A program made the translations under genes and the position numbers. The notes under the pieces are model-generated. The model made no database searches. It had not been told where the DNA came from and saw only the letters and a list, made by a program, of their open reading frames with translations. Positions 43,150 through 52,813 of a stretch of DNA of 64,000 nucleotides are shown here, in pieces. This stretch comes from Cyanidioschyzon merolae. Taxonomy: Eukaryota. Location: assembly GCA_000091205.1 (NCBI GenBank), contig AP006494.2; one strand, written 5' to 3'. The first letter of the stretch is position 1; every line of letters begins with the position of its first letter.

Positions 43150-45462
43150 ATGGGTGAGGCGGTCGCACGGAGCACGAATGCTGCTCAGCAGGATCTATTG
43201 CCCTCCGACGGTACGACGAGAGCCCGGGTGCTTCAGTCAGAGAGTGCGCAGACAAGGTCATCAATCTCGGAGAAGCTGCTGCATATGACTCTTAGAAAAG
43301 GTGTGCGTTGGTATCCGAAGGCTCTTTTGCACAAGACAGACGAGCCACCGTCTCAGCCAGAGGGCGAACTCGCTCCGAAGCGAACCACAAAACTGTCGCT
43401 GTTCGAGCGTTTTCGTGACTTATGGAGCAAATGCAGCCTCAAAGAGCAACAAGTTGGTATGTGCATTCTCTACAAGGTACGTGTATTGCGTCTTGAACCA
43501 CTTGAGGGACGCAGTGTGCCACCGCCCCTGTTCCAGGCGCTCCGCGTTGGCTCCAAGGACGTCGACGGCGGAGACGCCGGATCGCACGTACAAAGGTCGC
43601 TATGGCCGTCGACTTTGTGGAGAATCTGCCTTGTAGCCATCTGGGACACCTCTCTTTTGGTCATGGAGGGTGTAGATTCCATCATTCTAGCGATGCCTGT
43701 GGTTGCCCCGGCTCTTGACTGGGGCCAGTTCGATTCCGGCCGCGACGCCGATGGCCGCCTTCGCACGCTGCCGCTGAGCGTCTGTCAGCTCATTTCGGAC
43801 CAAGCTGGGCCAGGGAGCCTGCACGAGGACTTTATCGGGGCCAGCACTGAATTAGAAGATGAAAAAAAGGCATCCGGGTCACCGATTCTGGTTCTCGAGA
43901 CTCCGTTCCTCGGTTTGGTGCTACAGTTTTCCTGTGAAGCAGAGCGCTCGCGATTTGCCGCGGAATTCGATGCAAAGAAGCGGGCCGCCATGCGATGCGT
44001 CCAACTCTATCACAGCGCTGTTCGCTTCGTGGAGTGCCTGTGGCTTCGGTATCGCTGGCGAACGCTCGTGGATGCTTCTGCAGTTCGCTTCGAGAGATTC
44101 CGGGGTCGTAGGGATCGTTCGTTCGCCACGTCGACCAAACCGATGCCCGCTGTGGTAGTGGCGGAGCGTTTCCAAGCGCTCTATCGCGCGGTCCAGGCGA
44201 GAAAGCTCAGAGCGCGTCTGGCAGTGGCATGGCAGGTTGCTCGCCAGAAGGGCATGAATGTTCGCATTGAAGGACAATGTCACGTTGGCGCTTCGCTGGT
44301 TACGAAAGCCTGGCTCAAAGCGGGGCGCGCTCAAGTCCAGTGGCTCCGCGCTGGACATTGCGATTCAGGCCCAGACTCATCTAATCGTGCGGATCCCATA
44401 CCCGGCGCCAACGGCAGGGTCTACACATGCAGCGGGGAGGACCTCTCGCACGCCCTCATTGCACGGTGGATCGTGTGCAGCCCCCGAACTGGGGAAACCA
44501 TAGACCAATTTGAGGTGCAGACAAGGCCGGTGACGATCTCCGCTTCGAGCAAAGAGGGGCTCCTGCTCCAGCGCTTGTTCCAACTGCCACAATGCCGAGT
44601 GCGCTGCGTCTACCATCAGCTCGGCGACCAGCAATCGACAACGTTGAAGGACAACGAGACATATCTAATGGTTCTCCGCTCGGATGATATCTGTCTGTAT
44701 CCTCAGGAACCCGAGCGTGAATCACGAGATTCTGCGGAGAACAGCTGCCAGCGACCATTATCGGTGTCCACTGGAGCGGACGTGGCCGGACCTTGCCTGT
44801 TGCGTTTCCCCTATCGAGCGCTGTATACCAGCTCTGATGTGTTCGTGCCTGCATCAGGACCACTTCTGCTCGTTGCGGACCTCACGCATCATATATATTT
44901 GGTGCTGGCAGCGCGCTCCTTTGCTGAGCGCAACGTGTTGATTTGCATCATCCAGCAACTGGTGCGAACCGCTGCGCCTTCGGTGCACGTCATGATGCCA
45001 CCAGCAGGAATCGCCCGTTTTGCTTTACAGGCAGCAGAAGCTGCTCAACGCCTTACAGCGAGTAGCCCTATGCGACGTCAACACCAGCCACAACAACCAC
45101 AAAAACAAGCGCCGCAAGTTATTCGGCAGAGCGATGCCGAGGACTCCGACTCGGAACCCTGCCCCAGTTTTGAGTCGAGTGGCCTCTGGGATGCGCCCAT
45201 GCTGCGAATCAGCCGAGACGACCCAGAGATGCGTCGAGAAGGTCGTTCCATGGAACTGGCCCGTGCCGGTTGGCAAGCCTTGGGTCGCGGCTTCGCAGGA
45301 CTCATGCACACAGGCAAGACCATTGCGTCGCGAACATCCTCGGAGCAATTCCGAAGTCTCGCGTCCAGAACGCGCGCCAACGATACGAGTCAGCGCGTTC
45401 GTGCCGCGATCCGGAAGCTGTATCAGGAGCATGTACGTGGCCCGCAAACCCGAGTCTCCTAG
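43150..45462 (+). CDS. Hypothetical 770 aa protein with possible IQ-like basic/aromatic helices; unrecognised
   Basis: Long ORF of non-low-complexity composition. Segments AAMRCVQLYHSAVRFVECLWLRYRWR and AERFQALYRAVQARKLRARLAVAW resemble IQ motifs. No family assigned. Confidence 0.5.
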   Translation: MGEAVARSTNAAQQDLLPSDGTTRARVLQSESAQTRSSISEKLLHMTLRKGVRWYPKALLHKTDEPPSQPEGELAPKRTTKLSLFERFRDLWSKCSLKEQQVGMCILYKVRVLRLEPLEGRSVPPPLFQALRVGSKDVDGGDAGSHVQRSLWPSTLWRICLVAIWDTSLLVMEGVDSIILAMPVVAPALDWGQFDSGRDADGRLRTLPLSVCQLISDQAGPGSLHEDFIGASTELEDEKKASGSPILVLETPFLGLVLQFSCEAERSRFAAEFDAKKRAAMRCVQLYHSAVRFVECLWLRYRWRTLVDASAVRFERFRGRRDRSFATSTKPMPAVVVAERFQALYRAVQARKLRARLAVAWQVARQKGMNVRIEGQCHVGASLVTKAWLKAGRAQVQWLRAGHCDSGPDSSNRADPIPGANGRVYTCSGEDLSHALIARWIVCSPRTGETIDQFEVQTRPVTISASSKEGLLLQRLFQLPQCRVRCVYHQLGDQQSTTLKDNETYLMVLRSDDICLYPQEPERESRDSAENSCQRPLSVSTGADVAGPCLLRFPYRALYTSSDVFVPASGPLLLVADLTHHIYLVLAARSFAERNVLICIIQQLVRTAAPSVHVMMPPAGIARFALQAAEAAQRLTASSPMRRQHQPQQPQKQAPQVIRQSDAEDSDSEPCPSFESSGLWDAPMLRISRDDPEMRREGRSMELARAGWQALGRGFAGLMHTGKTIASRTSSEQFRSLASRTRANDTSQRVRAAIRKLYQEHVRGPQTRVS

Positions 45463-46888
45463 GCGAACGCAAGCACTCCTCAGCTTTTTTTCTGTTATTG
45501 GCGGTACATATGGAGCTCACGAGAGGCCTTTCGAAATGATGTAGCATCGAAGGAGAGCTCGCCCTTGGCACCTCTGGTGCACTGCAAGTATGACACGGAT
45601 TGCTTTGGCGGGAGCTTCCTATCCCTACTCGATCTCTGTACGAAGAGGAGCACTGCATGACTGGGCGTATTTCCTGTGTGTCTGCGCGTACCTGAATCAT
45701 TCAGGAACGAACGCTCTGATCAAGATCCATGTTTCTACTCGACATCTAATCGAAGAGGCTTCGTGCATGACTTGCCAGAGATCTCGTACTTGCCTGAACG
45801 CGAGCCATTCTGGAACGAATACCCCGTTTTCGAAAAGCAGTTGCGGGCACAATATTGAATGGGATACCAACTTCTTTACTCGCGCTATTCGTCTCGGAAC
45901 ATCAAGATTTGATCCAGCAGGATACGCTCTTGGAATGCACGCGAGGCTTCGTCTAGCTGAAGAAGCGATACTGAGCGCCGAGCCCCCGAGCCTTCTTCCG
46001 TTTCGTGCATTGAGGCCTCTGGTCGCTCTCACGCCTCGACGTGTTGGTGCTGCGCGAGTACGCGCGCACGGTGCTCTATGCGAGGCCTGCTCCGACCCCG
46101 ATCCTGGGTTGCATCCAACCGCCGTATGTGTGGACGGACCCGGTGCATCTTGAGTACTGCGCCCTAAAAAACGGAACACTGTGCGGCACAGTTCATCCTC
46201 ACAAGCGAACTGCTCGCGAAACGTGCTCGCATTTCGGCGTGATTTGCATGCACCCACTGCGCATATTGCTGGGGTGCAGACGCCCTGCCCTGGCGCTCCG
46301 CTGCGCTGCAGGTGCCAGACTCGCTTGTTGCGAAAGCAGTTCCTCGAGTTGCCTTGCGCGGACGGACGCCAACAGTCCGAGCAGCTTTGCGCTGGCCTCC
46401 CGTCCAACCAGATAACAGTATCATCGGCAAGCGATACCAAAGCAATCGCAGGCCTCGTGGGCGTTTCCGAGGACTCGCGTTCGAGCCCTGTCTCTGGCGT
46501 GGGACAGGGGCGCCACGCGTGCATGGCCATCATGACCCATAACTGCCCAATTGTTCACATCATTGTTCGGTGAGCCTCGTTGCCGCACACACGTTTCCGA
46601 ATCAAGCGACTCGACCGGGTCCATGCCAATCCTGCCGCGTATACCCCGTCCCTGTTCCTGTTACGAGCGAGATGCAAATGTCGATCTCCTTCACAGAAGC
46701 GCCGTTGCATGGGTGGCGTCCAGTGCGGACTCCTGCCGATTCGTGCTGCTGCCGCCACGCGGCTCGACGTCGCAGCGATAGGCGGCGAGCCGATGTCGAT
46801 GAGGCGCACGATGCTGGCGAGCATGGTGAGATATATCCATTTATAATCCTAAAAGTTCTGAATATACCGTTTCATACTGTTTTTCGAT

Positions 46889-49114
46889 TTGATCGAAAGG
46901 CGTCATCACCCGTTTCTGTCATCCTCCGATTTGGACGACAGGCATCTTATGGCAGCCTGCAAACTCGAAACCTTTGAACCCGACTGGGATGGTCATGGAC
47001 TCTGGTGTATTTTTGCAGACGGCAGTCTCTCTCTGGCGTTAGTCCAGAAGGACTCTGGTCTACCAGTGCCTCGGCTTCATTTAGACGCAAAGCTTGTGAC
47101 CCAGGGTTGCCGTTTAGCGGCGTTCCCCAACGGCTGCTTTGTTGCTGAGCGCTCTGGTAGAGTTGCAGCCTATGTATTGGACGTTGCCGATGCAATCAAG
47201 GCCAAAAAACTGGTAAAGGCATGCTGTATGGTTGTCGAGAACGGTCGGACGCCCCAGGTTCTCAGCGTTGCAGTTTGCCCACAGCAGCCTCGTACTGGGA
47301 ACCTTCGCCTAGCACTTCTCTATGTGAGTGGTGCCCCTGATCCAGTCATCTACGCCGCCCATTGGGACGTTCCGACTGCGCGTGGCAGGCCGCAGACGCA
47401 AGTGTGGCAACGTTGGCGAGAGGCACCCATACTCGACGGATTTCTGGGCGTCGACGACGGATACACCTGGCTGCTGTGCGCAGACGGTTATCTGCTTGTC
47501 CTAGACCAGCAGCTGCGAATTTGCAAACGCTTCGAACTGCCGAGTGCAGCGCCCTGGGATCGCATGCGCCCTGACACACCGTCTCAGCGACTTGTTCTGG
47601 GCTCTGCCACAGGCTCGATACTCTGTTGTTCGGTAATGTTGACCCGCAGCAACAGCCTCGATGCGCATAACGTATCCGATTCAATGAACGGCCTTGAACT
47701 GGCATCTAGGGTGATTTGTAACAGGGAAAGCGGTGCAGGTACTCTGGCCGATACATCGACCAGGCTGCTGAGCGATTTCTGTGGCGCACGAGGATTCGTC
47801 CTCGCTGGTTTCAGCGACGGTACGTGCGAATTGCGGAGCGAGGCATTCGATGTCGAGTTACAAGGCGAGCGTGCTGGAGCCTACTGGTCCTGGCGCCAAG
47901 AACCGGTCCAGATGCTGCGCGTGGATCGCCAGCAAACCAGAATCTGGGCCTGGTGTCCGGGCGCTGCCATTCTACTCTGCTGGAACGCCAGCTGTCTGCC
48001 GGTTGTGGCTTCGCATGGTGCTCGGGACGGTTCTTCAGTGGCCGCTAGCCGAGAAACGACGACGATGAGTGCGTTCGAGTCGCAGCGTCAGCGAATGCCG
48101 ACCGATTTCGTTGTATCTGCATCCAAGGTCGTGACTGCTTCGGACTGGCGTCGCACGAGCATGCACCATACGCACGAGACTGGATCCGGTGCCGATGAAA
48201 GAAGCACGCCACCAATGCACACCGGATCGGAACGCGAACGCCATGACACACGCCAGCTGGCGAGTGCTGCGGAGGCCAGCCCGCGAAGCGGCTGCACCCT
48301 CTCGCCGGAGCCTTTCCAATGCCTTCAGGAGCTCGCAACAATTCTGGATACCCAGCGGGCAGCCATCAGCACATCGCTCGCAACATTGGACCGGCGCCTT
48401 CAGCAACTGGAGGGCGCGCCCCGTCTACAACGTCATCCAAGAGCAAGTACCGCTGCGGACGCCGCCGCGTCTGCACAGCAGTCCGAGCAACTTCCCGGAG
48501 CGTGCTGCGGTCCAAGTGACGAATACTCGCTGTCGTGGAACGCCATGGCGCTGGTAATCCGTGATTTGCGCCTAACGCTCACGGAACTGCGCATCCAATA
48601 CGAAGCCCAGTGTCAAACGGTGTATCGATCTATCGATGCGCTCAGATCGGGCAATAGCATCGCCGGCCCGAACTCGGTGCCTGTGAGTGGTGCTCGTTCC
48701 CCAACAGAGGCGTTGGGTCAAAGCGAATCGACCGTATTGCAACTTGAGCGTAGCCTGCTTTTGCCGTTACAGCAGAGCCGTCATTTGCAGCATGAACATG
48801 ATGAACTCTTCCAGGAATTACTCCTGGAGAACGAAGCACTCCGAAATCGGATGCGGGAACTCAACGAGGCCCTGGAGACAGTTGCTGCAGCCAATCAGGC
48901 GCTGCGTCGGGAGCATGCCCAGCAAGCGCGGCAACTCGCTGACATCCAAGCAGAGCGCTGTCGCCTCGTGCAGCAGCTCCGAAGCGCTGTCCGTGCTGCA
49001 CGATTCTTCTCTGAAACGCGTCCGGAGCGCGCTGAATCCGAGCTGCGTGAACCCATCTGCGTTGTCCATGGATCCACAAAGACGGCAACGAGTCGAGAGG
49101 ACTCGTTTCCCTGA
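46889..49114 (+). CDS. Hypothetical 741 aa protein with a C-terminal coiled coil; unrecognised
   Basis: Long ORF. C-terminal heptad-like LQHEHDELFQELLLENEALRNRMRELNEALETVAAANQALRREHAQQARQLADIQAERCRLVQQL. The N-terminal part may be beta-rich. Confidence 0.5.
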   Translation: MIERRHHPFLSSSDLDDRHLMAACKLETFEPDWDGHGLWCIFADGSLSLALVQKDSGLPVPRLHLDAKLVTQGCRLAAFPNGCFVAERSGRVAAYVLDVADAIKAKKLVKACCMVVENGRTPQVLSVAVCPQQPRTGNLRLALLYVSGAPDPVIYAAHWDVPTARGRPQTQVWQRWREAPILDGFLGVDDGYTWLLCADGYLLVLDQQLRICKRFELPSAAPWDRMRPDTPSQRLVLGSATGSILCCSVMLTRSNSLDAHNVSDSMNGLELASRVICNRESGAGTLADTSTRLLSDFCGARGFVLAGFSDGTCELRSEAFDVELQGERAGAYWSWRQEPVQMLRVDRQQTRIWAWCPGAAILLCWNASCLPVVASHGARDGSSVAASRETTTMSAFESQRQRMPTDFVVSASKVVTASDWRRTSMHHTHETGSGADERSTPPMHTGSERERHDTRQLASAAEASPRSGCTLSPEPFQCLQELATILDTQRAAISTSLATLDRRLQQLEGAPRLQRHPRASTAADAAASAQQSEQLPGACCGPSDEYSLSWNAMALVIRDLRLTLTELRIQYEAQCQTVYRSIDALRSGNSIAGPNSVPVSGARSPTEALGQSESTVLQLERSLLLPLQQSRHLQHEHDELFQELLLENEALRNRMRELNEALETVAAANQALRREHAQQARQLADIQAERCRLVQQLRSAVRAARFFSETRPERAESELREPICVVHGSTKTATSREDSFP

Positions 49115-49309
49115 CAGGCATGCGGTACGAGCGTTCGTTTCGTGCAATGGAGTGATCGGTCGGTGTTCCGAGTAAGCTTCGCTTGTACTGATTCTGATCT
49201 GCAGCGTTTTGTAGTATGTGAAGCATGAACACGAACTGAGCGATCACGCACCTACTCGTGACGAATATGAACGACGCAACAACTTGTGCCGAGTCCATAC
49301 CGTGCACGC

Positions 49310-49340
<31 letters not shown>

Positions 49341-49341
49341 G
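49310..49341. repeat. (TTG)n microsatellite, about 10 units
   Basis: gttgttgttgttgttgttgttgttgttgttg read directly. Confidence 0.85.
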
Positions 49342-49696
49342 AGATCATACGCTAAGCTCGAACCGGCTGGCGCACTTGGCGATCGATCAGTCTATCGCAT
49401 GGTGATAGCGTTCAGCTTGACAAGTGCTTGCGCTGCCTCGGAATGGTCAACGTGCACATAGAGACACCGTCGGTGTTTAGAAATCATGCGCTACAATAGA
49501 TAGAGAGCTAGATGGATAGGATGCGTCACGAGCAGTGCACTGCTGCTCGCATGCCATCAACAGTACGGTGTCAAAGTCATGGTGCTGGGTGAGCTTCACT
49601 AGGATCACCTCAAAAGGCGCCTTTCCCAAGGAGCGACTCACCACCAGGCTTGATCGCTGCACTGGACCAGCGCTGGGTGCAAATGCTCAGCGCCAG

Positions 49697-51334
49697 TCAA
49701 ATCGCATCGAGGTCTTCTGGATCCATTTCTACGAAATGTCGGTGTTTGTCGTTGAATATATAGATGCCAGTCAAGGGGTCGAGCTCAAAAAATTGAGGTT
49801 GCCACGTCTCTCCGGTCTGTTCGCGAAGGCTTCGAAGCTCACGCTCACACGCCTCAACTCGACGTTTCTCGACCGTCGCTCGTTCAAAGTCATTTCGTAG
49901 AAGCGCATCGGCTGTGGCCCGCCATACCGTTCGCGCAAACTTGGGAGGTTGCTGGGGTTCCGGTGGTATCCAGACCTGGATGCGACACCGTTCATAAACA
50001 TCACCTGCATTGTAGAGCAATCGAGTCTCACCATTGGTAAGATCCTTCAAATAAATACAATCGTCCCAACGTCCGTAGAAGCGGTAGCGTTTTTGCTCAT
50101 GGACGTACAACTTGCCTTCTACAGCGTGTTCGCTGCCACGGAGTCCAGCAAGAGACACTCCGCTGAAATCGAATTTGGCGAGAAAACCGAGCTTGGGGCA
50201 ATGAAAGATGCACTTTCCGATGCACTCTAGCTGCTGTTTGCCTACACCCAGAATGCCCGAGAATACCATCGCCGGGCGCGTCAGAATGTATTGTTCAACG
50301 TCTTGGGCGTGGGTGAGCTCCATGAGCGCGTGCCCAGCCATTTCAATCTTGAGAGAGTTTCCGCCGAAACTCGGGCGCGGCTCCATAACCGTATGGATAC
50401 GAACGCCAAGTCGACTATTCCGCATGTGCATGGCGGTTCGCGGTGGATGGTGCGATACCTGTTCGCAAAACAATGACGTAATGCCATGCGACGCCTCTCG
50501 GTGGGGAAACGCACACATGAACGTCTCGCCGAGGACGGGGTTAAATGGTTTCCGCAGCGAGCACTGGTTCGGAAGCCCGGATAGAAAGTACTGCATGCCC
50601 TTCAGAAAACGCTCGAAAGGATCGGGCTCGGTGGCCCAGGCTGCGAGCAGCTCTCCGTAGCGCATCGCGAGTGCTACCTTCTCTGTCGCTGAGAGCGGCT
50701 CCAGCAACCATGCCGGTAATGAGATGCTTGGCAAGAGTTCGCCAGCTTTGAGGTTCCGGAGAACCTGTTTGGCTATCTGGACAATGGAGATAGGCGTTTG
50801 TTCGACGGTTGCGCTAAGGCTCGTCGTGATGCGCTCGTCTCGTCGAAAGCCCCGTTCGTAGAGCGCTCGCTCGGTGGCGCTCCACGACTCCGAAACCTCT
50901 GCAGGCGTCTCTGGTGTCTGGGTCACAAGCGGCAGTCTATCGGCATCAGAAACACTGGCATCGGCATCGGCATCGGGGGAACACGAGCCAGGTCTCGGGA
51001 ACGGACTTGCTATGAAGGCACCCGCACCCGAAAGATTCGCCAAATCACTGTCTGACAGCGGTTCGTCGGCTGCATCCAGAAACTCCGTCAGTGTCTGAGA
51101 CAAATCTTCGGTTTCTAGTGTCTCGGCAGTCAGCTCCTCGCCACTGTCGCTGCTGTCGAGTAGGTTGCCGTCCGCCTCCAAGGCGGCCAAGACTTCGCGC
51201 CAGTCGCTCGCAGTCAAGAAACGCTCAAGACTCCGACTATGTCCCCGAGTCCTGACGTCATCGACCGGGACTCTGACTGTGGAGTCCATAGCACCAAACC
51301 GGCGCCCACCGCGACTAAGCACCTGGGAGCCCAC
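49697..51334 (-). CDS. Oxysterol-binding protein-related protein (short ORP, Osh4/Kes1-like lipid transfer protein)
   Basis: OSBP fingerprint EQVSHHPPRTA, plus the surrounding ORD-domain sequence (KPFNPVLGETFMCAFP...). Confidence 0.85.
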   Translation of the reverse strand: MGSQVLSRGGRRFGAMDSTVRVPVDDVRTRGHSRSLERFLTASDWREVLAALEADGNLLDSSDSGEELTAETLETEDLSQTLTEFLDAADEPLSDSDLANLSGAGAFIASPFPRPGSCSPDADADASVSDADRLPLVTQTPETPAEVSESWSATERALYERGFRRDERITTSLSATVEQTPISIVQIAKQVLRNLKAGELLPSISLPAWLLEPLSATEKVALAMRYGELLAAWATEPDPFERFLKGMQYFLSGLPNQCSLRKPFNPVLGETFMCAFPHREASHGITSLFCEQVSHHPPRTAMHMRNSRLGVRIHTVMEPRPSFGGNSLKIEMAGHALMELTHAQDVEQYILTRPAMVFSGILGVGKQQLECIGKCIFHCPKLGFLAKFDFSGVSLAGLRGSEHAVEGKLYVHEQKRYRFYGRWDDCIYLKDLTNGETRLLYNAGDVYERCRIQVWIPPEPQQPPKFARTVWRATADALLRNDFERATVEKRRVEACERELRSLREQTGETWQPQFFELDPLTGIYIFNDKHRHFVEMDPEDLDAI

Positions 51335-52348
51335 TGCGGTTGCCGCTCACAGGCTGTATTGGCAAGTTGCGTGAAGAATCCCGGGTACGGTTTTGAGCGC
51401 TTGGCGGCGTTGGGTGGCGTCGTTTCGACATCCCTGCTGCCTAGCTGCAACCAGCGAGGATTATGGGTTTGTTTAGGGACTTTCAGCTCAAGTTTGTTCC
51501 ATTCTCGTCGCGTATCATCGAGCGCTTTTTCGTAGTGCATGGCAGGAGATCGTAATCACCATGCAACGTGTTGTATAGAGAGAAGGGAAATTGAATGAAG
51601 GACATTGATTCTTGACTGAACTGAGCAAGGAGGACTGCGTTCTTCACTCAGGTCAGTCATACTGCAGTACTCTTACGGTTGAGGAACACTGCAAGAAAGA
51701 CGTGTATAGGCTTCAGAGCAAAAACCGATAGTATGAAAGACTGCTCGTGGTCAACGGCAGAAAACGACCCGTTGATTGTCTTTTTCGGAAAGCAAAAGCG
51801 ACAATAGGAGACGCCACGGGGTCTCTATTCCTCACCAGCTTCTTCGAGTTGTTCGAAAACACTGGGATACAGTCGCGAAAAGTCGAGTCCTAGTTTACGC
51901 ATGACTATCTTCCATTAATCAGAAAGTCAACGTTCCTGGGACGTCATTGTCGGTATGCAGCACCGGGACGTCGCTTTGTTTGTTTCAGTGGATGAGACGT
52001 CATTCGGACCAGAGGGTCGGTAATCACACGAGTACTCGCGGAGAGGGAGCCTGTGTTGTGTTCAAGGGAACTGTTAGAGAACGATGACGTCAGGTATTCT
52101 AGGGATGTTGGATTCTTTTGGATGTCTCAGTTTCATTTGTAGAGAAGGCTCATACGATCGCTGTCTCGAATCATTGAGGTCTTTTCCCAGGCACCTGGTG
52201 ACGTCCCTCTATTGGAAAAAATGGTATTTCACCGTTCCCGTGCGTACGAACTGTTGCTGATTCTATCGGGGGTAGAGCTGCTTTTCATTCCAAGGTGCTC
52301 TCCGTAGTTCAGCCCCATCGATAGAGTGTTTTCCATTGTGGACCAAAA

Positions 52349-52813
52349 TTGATCGCTCCACTCGGCGAAACGCAGAAGCGTTCAGCATACGGTAACGCAT
52401 CGGGAGTACACGTTTTCTTTCTTCTGGAAGCCCTTCCCCATCCGGAAAACTCCTTACCTAAGGGCATAAAGAAGTTCGCTCATTTGAAAAATGAAAAAAT
52501 TTACGTGAATGCTATGCATCTGGAAGTCGAGGGTGCTGAAAGTTACTCATCGCCGGTTTTGGCGAAAATTAGGAAAAAAATCCTCTTCACGCCAACCACC
52601 AAGCGAGCAAGAGCAAGTGATGAAGAGCAAGAAGAAAAGAACAAGAGCGGATATGAGCGAGAAAAGGTGTTTGTCCGACGGGACAATGACGCGAATGTAG
52701 TGGCACAGAGGGTGCGAGTTCTAGCAATTCTCGCTTTGGTGCGTTCAACCAGCGGCAATGCACGCGAGGAGTCCATGAATCGTGACTTCAACGCCGCCAT
52801 CAATACCAGATGA
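52349..52813 (+). other. ORF ending in a TnpB/Fanzor RuvC-III-like motif (NRDFNAAINTR); probably a decayed transposon-derived ORF
   Basis: D-x-N-A-A-I-N at the C-terminus resembles the RuvC-III signature of IS605 OrfB/TnpB/Fanzor. The upstream Zn-finger cysteines are absent, so if this is homologous it is a relic. Confidence 0.2.
52350..52650 (+). repeat. Dispersed repeat copy B (see 16395-16700)
   Basis: Contains acctaagggcataaagaag (52454-52473) and alignable flanks to copy A, in the same orientation. Lies in an AT-richer gene-poor island. Confidence 0.5.

Noticed and set aside
45590-46573. Cluster of overlapping 120-280 aa ORFs on both strands between the two large unknown genes
   Set aside because: No frame stands out by composition or motifs. 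Probably UTR or intergenic sequence producing chance ORFs, although a small gene cannot be excluded.
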